Shown piece by piece: positions 16,647 through 24,469 of a stretch of DNA of 32,000 bases (positions within the stretch are counted from its first letter, which is position 1; each line of letters starts with the position of its first letter). The position numbers were made by a program, and so were the translations under genes. The notes beneath the pieces are model-generated. The model was not told where the DNA came from and ran no database searches. It saw nothing but the letters and a program-made list of their open reading frames with translations. Origin of the DNA: Candidatus Micrarchaeum sp. GTDB taxonomy: Archaea > Micrarchaeota > Micrarchaeia > Micrarchaeales > Micrarchaeaceae. The stretch spans positions 540,001 to 572,000 of the forward strand of contig NZ_CP060530.1 of assembly GCF_016806735.1 (NCBI RefSeq), in the 5' to 3' direction.

Positions 16647-17243
16647 TCAGAGCTTCATGCTGCGTTCTTTGTATACCTTCTTCTTTACTTTTTCATAGAT
16701 ATACCTTACTTCTTTTATATCTATCCTACTGTCTGCAGTCTTGAAAAACTCCTCAACCCTCTCGTCGCTTTCCATTTTCTTGCTGTATAGTGCTATCTGC
16801 ACTATGTAGTCAAGCTTGTCTACCTGTTTCACAAGCTTGGCCTCCTCTGTGCGCTGCATATAATATTCATTTAGGATTTCCCTGAGCCCGATGCCTTCCT
16901 TGCCAATCAGTATCGATGCGAGCTTAAGTTCATTCCTTCTCTCGATACTCTTTTTGGCCCCTGGAGGGACTTTCTGAAGCGATTTGTCGTATCTGGTAGC
17001 TATGTCTCCGGTTATTACCTCGTTAATGTCATGGAAAAGCCCCATTACGGCACACCTTTCCGCTGATAGTCCCATCCTTTTGGCAAGCAGATATGACAGC
17101 ACTGCAGTGCTGTACGAATGGTCACCATCATGCTCCGGATTTTTAACCTTCGATATGAGCCATCCCGTTCTTTCTATCTCCTTTAGCTTGTCAGCTCTGA
17201 GCATGAAGCGCAATATTCCGTCAAGTTCCTTGTCCGTCCGCAT
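16647..17243 (-). CDS. HD-domain phosphohydrolase, YfbR/HDDC2-like 5'-deoxynucleotidase family
   Basis: IERTGWL, DGDHSYS, GLFHDINEVITGDI (H..HD..E..GD pattern). The ATG at 17243 (MRTDKELDG..) is preferred to the TTG at 17264. Confidence 0.8.
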   Translation of the reverse strand: MRTDKELDGILRFMLRADKLKEIERTGWLISKVKNPEHDGDHSYSTAVLSYLLAKRMGLSAERCAVMGLFHDINEVITGDIATRYDKSLQKVPPGAKKSIERRNELKLASILIGKEGIGLREILNEYYMQRTEEAKLVKQVDKLDYIVQIALYSKKMESDERVEEFFKTADSRIDIKEVRYIYEKVKKKVYKERSMKL

Positions 17244-17343
17244 GAATACCGCTTTGAATGGCAATTATAAATGGTTTTCTTTCAAATCCCAAAGCGGGAA
17301 TGTGCTTGCTTTAGGCCTGGCTTTGTTCAAAAGTTTTATGCAA

Positions 17344-18117
17344 TCAGTCTGAATCTTCTTTCCCTCCACGCCTCTGGAGACGGTATACGCCGGACACCAG
17401 CCCCATAACCGAGCCAACGACACCCAGCGCTACAACAAATTCAATCTGGTGCGGAAGGCTTGAGAGAGCTTGAGCTACCCAATTTTGCGTTATAGAAAGG
17501 TGATCCTTTATTACTGTTGCATAAATTCCCATGTTTCCGGCTGAATTTTGTAGCATGCCGCTCATGGTTATATACTGATATGTTCCATTGCCTGCATGCA
17601 CTACTATGTCATTTAAATTAGATGTTAGCTGCTGCACCGAGGTAACTATTCCGTTATGAACAGTAAGAATTTCAGAGCCAGGGTTGTCGCCAACTGTTGC
17701 TGCCTGCCCAAGTGCACCGTTAGGGAGTATTTGCTGTATAGTTATAGAGCTTGTGCTGTCTGATATGACTTTAAAGTTAAGCTTGTCTATCGTGATAATT
17801 TGGCCCTGGGAAAGGTCCCCGTAGATTGAACCTGAGTTGGGGATTGTTAGCGTGCCAGTGAGCTTGTATTTTGCAAAACGCCCTACAGACCATAGGGCAA
17901 AACCTCCAGATAGAATCCCTGCAGCAAATCCTTCGCCAACCCTGAGGAGCTTTTGCATAGGATTCAGCTTGACGTCGTTGTCAGCACGCTCTTTTTGAGT
18001 TATTATGACGTATCTTGTGTTGCCCGCTTCATACTCTTTAATATGCGTTTCCTCCAAATCCCTGCCATTTTTATTCTCAGAATACTTTGGCTTCTCTTTC
18101 AGTGAATCTTCACCCAT
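17344..18117 (-). CDS. Membrane protein with two TM helices flanking a Ser/Thr/Gly/Asn-rich, beta-rich extracytoplasmic domain
   Basis: TM1 is GFAAGILSGGFALWSV and TM2 is FVVALGVVGSVMGLVSGV, with about 150 polar residues between them. The ATG at 18117 is preferred; the track GTG is at 18123. Confidence 0.65.
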   Translation of the reverse strand: MGEDSLKEKPKYSENKNGRDLEETHIKEYEAGNTRYVIITQKERADNDVKLNPMQKLLRVGEGFAAGILSGGFALWSVGRFAKYKLTGTLTIPNSGSIYGDLSQGQIITIDKLNFKVISDSTSSITIQQILPNGALGQAATVGDNPGSEILTVHNGIVTSVQQLTSNLNDIVVHAGNGTYQYITMSGMLQNSAGNMGIYATVIKDHLSITQNWVAQALSSLPHQIEFVVALGVVGSVMGLVSGVYRLQRRGGKEDSD

Positions 18118-18189
18118 AAGCACACCTTTGCGTTATTATCGCGTTCTCTGAGATATTTATATTTAGCGATAGCCGGCTGCTGACCAAAG

Positions 18190-18210
18190 CCTTGGCATGG
18201 AATGCCAGGG
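18190..18210. promoter_or_regulatory. GC-rich hairpin/dyad in a divergent promoter region
   Basis: CCTTGGCAT-GGA-ATGCCAGGG: 9-bp arms (one T/G position) and a 3-nt centre. The perfect palindrome AGCCGGCT lies at 18171-18178. Both elements sit between the two TATA-like boxes at 18149-18163 and 18254-18268. Confidence 0.4.
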
Positions 18211-18310
18211 TATTTAACCTGCGTGTTATTTGGATATAAAGCCCGCACAAAGACAAAAATATAAATACAATAGTTGGGCAACCTATATTGTGAAATATTA
18301 TGGTTAGAGT

Positions 18311-19612
18311 ATGGAATCAGGAAAAATAGCCAATTACAAGTACTTACGCCGCATCAAGGAGATTTCCAGAAAGGAGGATAAGGCCTCGTTTTTACCTATC
18401 ACACCCATAGATATATACGAAATCGTAGCCGATAGCTATATACTTGGCAATGGCGTTTATATTCTTTCCGACTTGCTTAGAGGTCGTCGTGCGGAACAGA
18501 AGGAAGAGACCTCAAGCAATGAGAATTATGCCCCGTTTACAAGCATAATTATACCGGTTTATAACGAACCGATAGAACTGGTCAAAACTACGCTTGAAAA
18601 CATGAAATCGCTTGATTACCCAAAATACGAAATAATAATAGCAGATGATTCTGACAATGAACGCGATTATGGGAATAATGTCAAGGTAATACGGCGCAGA
18701 AACCGTAGCGGATTCAAGGGCGGAGCTCTCAGGAATGCATTGGAGCACGTAGATGCCAAAAGCGAGCTCATAGCCATATTCGATGCGGATTTCACAGTCG
18801 AGAAGGATGCGCTTACAAAGTTCGCAAGATATTTCAAAGATCCTGAAGTTGGGGCGGTGCAGGGCTATATGAAAATATCGGCAAACGAAAACACCAACGG
18901 GCTTACAAAGTTCATAAGCATAATATCGGATGCCGCAAACCACATACTTTACGGAAGGTACCTCAGAAAGGGCTTCGTAGCCGTGCAGGGCACCAATGAA
19001 GTTTACAGGAGGGAGGCCATAGAAAAAATAGGCGGTCTCGCACCGTACCTGACAATAAACGAAGATTTGGACACTTCATTCAGGCTCAGGAAGGCAGGTT
19101 GGAAAATAGTATATGATCCTAAAATAGTTGGAGTAGGCCTTGCACCGGAGACGTACAAGAAATTCGCTGGCCAGCTCTCACGCTGGACTTCTTCCACAAT
19201 CCGCGAGTACAGGAGGCATTTGGTCAGCTTTATGAAGAGCAAGGAGGTCAAGCTCAAGGAAAAGCTAGATTCGCTAATGTTCCTGTCAACCTGGACCATA
19301 AGCTTAGTTGTTTCGCCAAGCCTGTTTTTGCTGCCAGTAATATTTTTTGGCTCAACGATACCGGAAAAATATACTCTGCCGATTTTTGCCACGATGACCG
19401 CTTTGCCAATAAGCATAATATTCTCGAGCATTGAATCCAAATACGGCATAAAGAGGGCAGCCAAAGGTCTGGCAATGTATTTCTGGTTCCTGTTTCCCGG
19501 ATATTACGTATCATTCATGGCTACCATCAAGGGTTTAGTCAGCGAAGGAGAGTTCAATGTAACTGACAAAAGCAATTTAGAAGCAGCCGGCGAAAAACAC
19601 GAAAACAGATAG
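18311..19612 (+). CDS. Family-2 glycosyltransferase, processive synthase type (cellulose/chitin/NodC-like) with C-terminal TM helices
   Basis: IIIPVYNEP, IIADDSDN, IFDADF, NEDLDTSFRL and the Q-x-x-R-W motif (GQLSRW). Three to four hydrophobic helices follow the catalytic domain. Confidence 0.85.
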   Translation: MESGKIANYKYLRRIKEISRKEDKASFLPITPIDIYEIVADSYILGNGVYILSDLLRGRRAEQKEETSSNENYAPFTSIIIPVYNEPIELVKTTLENMKSLDYPKYEIIIADDSDNERDYGNNVKVIRRRNRSGFKGGALRNALEHVDAKSELIAIFDADFTVEKDALTKFARYFKDPEVGAVQGYMKISANENTNGLTKFISIISDAANHILYGRYLRKGFVAVQGTNEVYRREAIEKIGGLAPYLTINEDLDTSFRLRKAGWKIVYDPKIVGVGLAPETYKKFAGQLSRWTSSTIREYRRHLVSFMKSKEVKLKEKLDSLMFLSTWTISLVVSPSLFLLPVIFFGSTIPEKYTLPIFATMTALPISIIFSSIESKYGIKRAAKGLAMYFWFLFPGYYVSFMATIKGLVSEGEFNVTDKSNLEAAGEKHENR

Positions 19613-19742
19613 ATTGCAAGCCGCATTCTACATATGAAATTGCTCTGCTTTCGAATCCCTGCGTGAAAGATTGAATTGTCTTGATTTCCATGCAAGCAAA
19701 AAGCGTATATATTACATCAAATCCATTGGAATTGGTGACAAT

Positions 19743-20111
19743 ATGGCCATCAACCTCTTTGCCAAAAACAAGAAAAAGGACGAAAGTAAACCGGATAGCG
19801 TACAGCAGAATGAACGAAAAGAGAATAGTGCAAGTAAAATTCTGCTTTCCGATAATGTGAAAAGGGCGGAGCAAGCCGGAGAGCTCGCAGAGTTTCTGGA
19901 TAAAAATAATGGAATAACCGATATAATGTTGCACGAGATTGACAGCTCGGATTTGGAAGTGAGAATGATTGCACCTGCAATAGCTGGAGGCATTGCCAGA
20001 TTTAAAATTGGCATAGAAAAGAGAGACGAGGTAGAAAAACTGATATCTGAGGCAGGATATAAAGAGATTGGAGTGCAGGGCAGGGGTATTTCGATCTACA
20101 AAAAGGCATGA
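19743..20111 (+). CDS. Hypothetical protein (122 aa)
   Basis: The ATG at 19743 (MAINLFAKNKKKDESK..) lies inside track ORF 19671-20111. Basic disordered N-terminus, then a compact domain. No motif recognised. Confidence 0.5.
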   Translation: MAINLFAKNKKKDESKPDSVQQNERKENSASKILLSDNVKRAEQAGELAEFLDKNNGITDIMLHEIDSSDLEVRMIAPAIAGGIARFKIGIEKRDEVEKLISEAGYKEIGVQGRGISIYKKA

Positions 20112-20215
20112 GATTCGGCAATTGCCAAAACAAAATGAAAGCTTAAATTAAGCTGGCTGTGTGTCTTTTAAATCTTTATTGCGGTAATTATTATTCCATA
20201 TGTTTCGGTGTGTGT

Positions 20216-20674
20216 ATGGTGCAAAAAATAGTGCAACGTGATAAGGCCATGGCTGACATATTTGACGACGAGAAAATCATAGGCGCTTCTACTATAGTCA
20301 AATTTGGCACAATCAGGATAGTTGCGTCGAAAGACGCTGACCATGATTTCCATTTCCTTCTGATGCCCGTAGAGCACAGAGAGGATTTCACGGAGCTTAC
20401 TGAAGTGGAATTGAAGGACATGCAGAAGTCTGAGTCGCTAGTAGCTGAATTATACAAACAGCATGGACTTGATGGCTATTCCAAGATAGAACTTGTAGGC
20501 ACAGGAGCAGGAAGGACAGTCCAACATTATCATGTGCATATTCTGCCGGGCAAGAGTGATAATTTCCACAACAACCCTGCAGATAGAGCCTTGCACAGAA
20601 GTGCTGATCAGATTAGGGAAGTGGTTTCAAAACTCAACCCCGAATTCAAAAAGTTAATAGAGAATATGCAATAA
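20216..20674 (+). CDS. HIT-family nucleotide hydrolase/transferase
   Basis: Histidine triad TVQHYHVHILPG. The ATG at 20216 (or 20249) is preferred to the track start at 20159. Confidence 0.8.
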   Translation: MVQKIVQRDKAMADIFDDEKIIGASTIVKFGTIRIVASKDADHDFHFLLMPVEHREDFTELTEVELKDMQKSESLVAELYKQHGLDGYSKIELVGTGAGRTVQHYHVHILPGKSDNFHNNPADRALHRSADQIREVVSKLNPEFKKLIENMQ

Positions 20675-21008
20675 ATTTACGAAATCTCTATGCCATTATA
20701 TTTGGCGTCTTAATCATATTTGTCACTGCTATGTATGGTACAGCCAAACTGTTTCTTTATAATCAGTCTGGCAGAGCTTTTTTGTACTGGCAACTCTATC
20801 TGGAATAAGGTTCAAGGTTGGCTATTACTGACAGATAAACTAGATAGCCTAGATATTGGGAGAAGCGCCCGGCGTACCGGTATGGGGTGCCGATAAAGGC
20901 AAAATAAAGATATCCCTTGATCTGTGATGCATAAGCCCGCAGCTTGGATAATAAATGCCATGTGCATCGCAGTACGGGCGATACCATGCAATATTGCCGA
21001 AGCTGGCT

Positions 21009-21170
21009 TTATTGCTTGGCGTTTTCTTCCACGAATTTTTTTATTTCCTCTATGTTCGCCATTATCAGCTTGGCTTTTCCAAGGCCGAAAGTGAATGGTC
21101 GCGTATCCTGCTCGTCTTTCAGCAGGCTTATTGTCGGAAATCCTTTGTATTCTCCTGTCTTGACTGGCAT
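21009..21170 (-). CDS. Small conserved-looking protein (53 aa), absent from the ORF track because it is under 60 aa
   Basis: Hand translation gives MPVKTGEYKGFPTISLLKDEQDTRPFTFGLGKAKLIMANIEEIKKFVEENAKQ*. A strong SD, AGGTGAT (21175-21181), lies 4 nt upstream of the ATG. Balanced composition with an amphipathic C-terminal helix. Confidence 0.6.
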   Translation of the reverse strand: MPVKTGEYKGFPTISLLKDEQDTRPFTFGLGKAKLIMANIEEIKKFVEENAKQ

Positions 21171-21408
21171 TCTTATCACCTAATATGGCTTATAAGGGCA
21201 GGAAAAGGGATTTAGCCTTTGCCGTTGCGGATATCGCACCGTTTCAAATAGCTACGTAATGAAGCGAATTAAGCGTCAGACGGGCCTTTTACGGTCATAT
21301 ATGCATGCATAAGGCAACGCTTAAAATGCGTTTCAGGCATAGTGTAAATGCGCTTGCATTGGTTTGGAGATATTGAGAGTTGCATGAATCAAGCGTTTAG
21401 GGGATTTG

Positions 21409-22338
21409 ATGAACATACTTATAGCATTGGGAGGAAATGCGATATTGCAGGAAAAGGAAAAGGGCACATTTGAAGAGCAGTATTCCAACATAGAGAATAC
21501 AGCAAAGAAGATAGCGGAGATAATAAGGATGGGCAACAACGTGGTCATAACCCATGGCAATGGGCCACAGGTTGGCGATATAGTATCAATGTACGAATGG
21601 TCAAAGGATAAGCTTCCGGCAATGCCCTTGCCAGTATGTGGAGCAGAAAGCCAAGGCATGATAGGCTATATGATAGCGCAGGCATTGGGCAACGAGCTCG
21701 AATCGATAGGGATAAAAAAGGAGCTCGGCTGCGTATTGACGCGCACGCTTGTTGATAAAGATGATCCGCATTTTAAAAGTCCGTCGAAGCCAATAGGGCC
21801 GTTTTATGATAAGGAAGAATCCGGCGCAATCGCAAAAAAGTATGGGTGGACCATGGCAAAGGAGAACGACAAGTACAGAAGAGTAGTTGCCTCTCCAGAA
21901 CCGGTTGGCATAATGGAGCTTGATATAATAAAACGCCTGCACGACAGCGGAGCGGTTGTAATATGTACTGGCGGCGGAGGCGTGCCGGTAGTGAGAAATG
22001 GCAATGCATACGAAGGAGCCAATGCCGTAATAGACAAAGACTTTGCTTCTTCGCTGCTGGCAAGGGAGCTTGATACTGATATGCTAATCATTCTAACTGA
22101 TGTAGACAATGTGTTTTTGGGCTATGGGTCGGAAGCCCAAAAGCCGCTTGGAACCGTGAGCGCAGATGAATGCTCGGCTTACATAGAAAAGGGCGAATTT
22201 GGCGAAGGCACCATGAAGCCCAAGATAGAAGCTGCGATAAGTTTTGTAAGGCATACTGGCAAGTCAGCAGTAATAACATCTTTAGCGAATGCCGAGAAGG
22301 CTGCAGAGCTTAAGGCAGGAACTATAATAACGAAGTAG
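21409..22338 (+). CDS. arcC: Carbamate kinase
   Basis: LIALGGNAIL, VVITHGNGPQVG, VICTGGGGVPV; about 309 aa. The ATG at 21409 immediately follows the TTG used by the track. Confidence 0.9.
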   Translation: MNILIALGGNAILQEKEKGTFEEQYSNIENTAKKIAEIIRMGNNVVITHGNGPQVGDIVSMYEWSKDKLPAMPLPVCGAESQGMIGYMIAQALGNELESIGIKKELGCVLTRTLVDKDDPHFKSPSKPIGPFYDKEESGAIAKKYGWTMAKENDKYRRVVASPEPVGIMELDIIKRLHDSGAVVICTGGGGVPVVRNGNAYEGANAVIDKDFASSLLARELDTDMLIILTDVDNVFLGYGSEAQKPLGTVSADECSAYIEKGEFGEGTMKPKIEAAISFVRHTGKSAVITSLANAEKAAELKAGTIITK

Positions 22339-22345
22339 CTTGCGG

Positions 22346-23644
22346 CTATCTGCGTTCTATAACTGCGGTCATGCAGTGGGCGCCGCCGTAGCCTCCTGTT
22401 ATATTACTTAAATCCAAGGCGACGAAGTCAATCTTATTCTCGCGCAGCTCCTTTTTATTTGGAAACATCTGCCCGGACGCTGTTAGCTTTTGGTACTCCC
22501 TTCTGGCATGCGCGAAAAGCGCCCCGTACATTCCGGGATTGCTCCTTGCTTTTCCGGATAAGTTATGCAACATTCTTTTAGCAGCAAGCCTGCTGTCTAT
22601 TGCAAGTATTGAATGGTTCTTTATGCAAAGGAAATTTGAGGAATATGACATTTGTTCTAAAGTAGAAAGATTTATTATTTCAAAGCCTTTTTCTTTGAGA
22701 TAACCGTGCAGATTTGTACTGGCCTTTTCCTTCTTGTAAGACCTGCCTTCCTTCTTATAAACTTCTACTGCTGCCCTTTTCAGCAGAAGTTCTAAGCCTA
22801 TAACTGTATCTTTTCCGGCAACGTTGCAGTATGTGTCAAGATGCATGTCAATCATGGGATCCGGCTCGTTTCCAGGTATGAGTGGATGGGAAGGCTGGTG
22901 TACAACTGCGACTTCCTGAAACGATTGGCCATACTTAAGCATCTGTTCCACTCCCTGCCTGTTGGTCCTATCTCCAATGCCAATCATTGCAAAATCTTTC
23001 ATCGGCATGAAGTCTCCGCCTTCAAAGGTTCCCGGCGAGGTTGTTTCATGCACAATTGAAAGTCCCATTGCATCCCACAGCATCTTGGTTAAAAGGGGTT
23101 CTCGCCTTCTCTGCGGCTTGGCCATTCTGGACATGAATATGCCCTTATCTGTAACCGCCTGCTGATCCCTCATAAAGTAGAGGTTGGCCGGCGGATTTTT
23201 TTCTGTAACGCTTATATGCATCGCGTCGACACCTTTTGATTTCTTAATAGACACTCTTGGCGCCAGAATTATCGCATTGATAAAATAGTCTATGCCATAA
23301 TTATCCACATTGCCCTTCAGCTTCTTCAGGGCCATTTGGGCCTCATTTCTGTTTCCGGAAAAGCTAACGCTTTTTAGCGCAGCGTCAACAACCATCGACT
23401 TTGTCTTGCGGCTATGGCTTGCCCTAGACTTTATAATGTCTTCCAGCGTCTCTACGCTCACCCCAAACTCGTCTTTTAAAACGCCAACTAAGGAGTCGTG
23501 CTCTTTTTGCGCAGCAGACAGATTGAACGAGCGCTCATATAAAGAGGCAGTCGGATCCAAAAGCCCCAGGAACGCCTCGATTCCTGGCCTGTGGACCACT
23601 ACCTTCCTGAGCGTATCCCATTCCGCTTTTATCTTTCCTTCCAT
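22346..23644 (-). CDS. arcA: Arginine deiminase
   Basis: NLYFMRDQ, FEGGDFMP, IGIGDRTN, MHLDTYCNV and the C-terminal catalytic Cys motif GGAHCMT; 432 aa. Confidence 0.88.
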   Translation of the reverse strand: MEGKIKAEWDTLRKVVVHRPGIEAFLGLLDPTASLYERSFNLSAAQKEHDSLVGVLKDEFGVSVETLEDIIKSRASHSRKTKSMVVDAALKSVSFSGNRNEAQMALKKLKGNVDNYGIDYFINAIILAPRVSIKKSKGVDAMHISVTEKNPPANLYFMRDQQAVTDKGIFMSRMAKPQRRREPLLTKMLWDAMGLSIVHETTSPGTFEGGDFMPMKDFAMIGIGDRTNRQGVEQMLKYGQSFQEVAVVHQPSHPLIPGNEPDPMIDMHLDTYCNVAGKDTVIGLELLLKRAAVEVYKKEGRSYKKEKASTNLHGYLKEKGFEIINLSTLEQMSYSSNFLCIKNHSILAIDSRLAAKRMLHNLSGKARSNPGMYGALFAHARREYQKLTASGQMFPNKKELRENKIDFVALDLSNITGGYGGAHCMTAVIERR

Positions 23645-23705
23645 CGTATCAGGCTTTTGGGCTTCCTATTGGCGTAAATTTTGCATGTACCCTAGATTTG
23701 TATTG

Positions 23706-23726
23706 AGGCTTTAAGCTTAAAAGCCT
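23706..23726. promoter_or_regulatory. 21-nt near-perfect palindrome between the divergent arcA and alkA-like promoters
   Basis: AGGCTTT-AAGCTTA-AAAGCCT: 7-bp perfect arms around a self-complementary AAGCTT core. It lies 62-82 nt upstream of the arcA ATG. Confidence 0.4.
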
Positions 23727-23791
23727 TAGATATGCCCATTGTGCAATACGCGCCTCAATAAAAATTTAAATCATAATGCCAAAAGGTAAGC

Positions 23792-24469
23792 ATGCAAAGA
23801 AGCAGCACAGAGTCCCTTTTCGTCAAATCGTCATGGAACAAGGGGATACAATACCTTAGAAAAAATAACCCAAAGCTAGCCAAGGCCATAAAGCCAGGGT
23901 TTTACGTCAAGATGGAGTTTGATTCGGATTATTATGGATCTTTAGTGGAATCCATAGTATTTCAACAGCTCGCAGGAAAGGCAGCCGAAGCCATATTGAA
24001 CAGGTTCAAAAAGCTCTACAAAGGCAGAATTCCTGCTCCTGCCGAATTCATAAAAACTAGGGAAGAAACAGTTAGAGGCGCCGGCATATCTCCTCAAAAA
24101 TATTCCTACATTCTTGACCTTTGCAAGAAGCTCGAAAGCGGCACACTGGTTCTGGAAGGCATAGAAAGCCTTTCTGATATGGAAATAATAGAAAAGTTAA
24201 GCTCGGTAAAAGGGATAGGCAGGTGGACTTCGGATATGTTCTTAATATTCAGCCTCGGCAGGACTGACGTCATGCCTGCAGAAGACTTGGGAGTCAGAAA
24301 AGGCCTGCAGAGTGCTTACGGGCTCAGAGAACTACCAGACAGAAAGAGGATAGAAAAAATGGCAGCCAAATGGCACCCGTACGGCTCAATGGTTGCAATC
24401 GCAATGTGGCACAGGCTCGATACAGTCACTGTAGGGGATGAAATGAGGCAAAAAAAAGCCAAGGCTTAA
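23792..24469 (+). CDS. alkA: HhH-GPD DNA glycosylase, DNA-3-methyladenine glycosylase II (AlkA-like)
   Basis: Helix-hairpin-helix VKGIGRWTSDMFLIF is followed by the catalytic-Asp segment MPAEDLGVRKG. The TATA-like ATAAAAATTTAAA is centred about 28 nt upstream of the ATG. Confidence 0.8.
   Translation: MQRSSTESLFVKSSWNKGIQYLRKNNPKLAKAIKPGFYVKMEFDSDYYGSLVESIVFQQLAGKAAEAILNRFKKLYKGRIPAPAEFIKTREETVRGAGISPQKYSYILDLCKKLESGTLVLEGIESLSDMEIIEKLSSVKGIGRWTSDMFLIFSLGRTDVMPAEDLGVRKGLQSAYGLRELPDRKRIEKMAAKWHPYGSMVAIAMWHRLDTVTVGDEMRQKKAKA

Noticed and set aside
19650-19658. TTCGAATCC, the classic tRNA T-loop word, in the spacer after the GT2 gene.
   Set aside because: The flanking bases (CTGCT / CCTG) cannot form a T-stem, and no acceptor, D or anticodon arms can be drawn. 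Not a tRNA.
20924-20930. GTGATGC resembling a C box of a C/D-box sRNA.
   Set aside because: It is an imperfect C box. No CTGA D or D' boxes lie at the expected spacing, and there is no terminal stem.
20796-21215. Track ORFs 20796-20987 (minus), 20944-21183 (plus) and 20955-21215 (plus).
   Set aside because: The plus-strand ORFs are antisense to the SD-supported 53-aa gene at 21009-21170. The minus-strand ORF has a Tyr/Leu/Arg-rich, featureless translation and no start signals.
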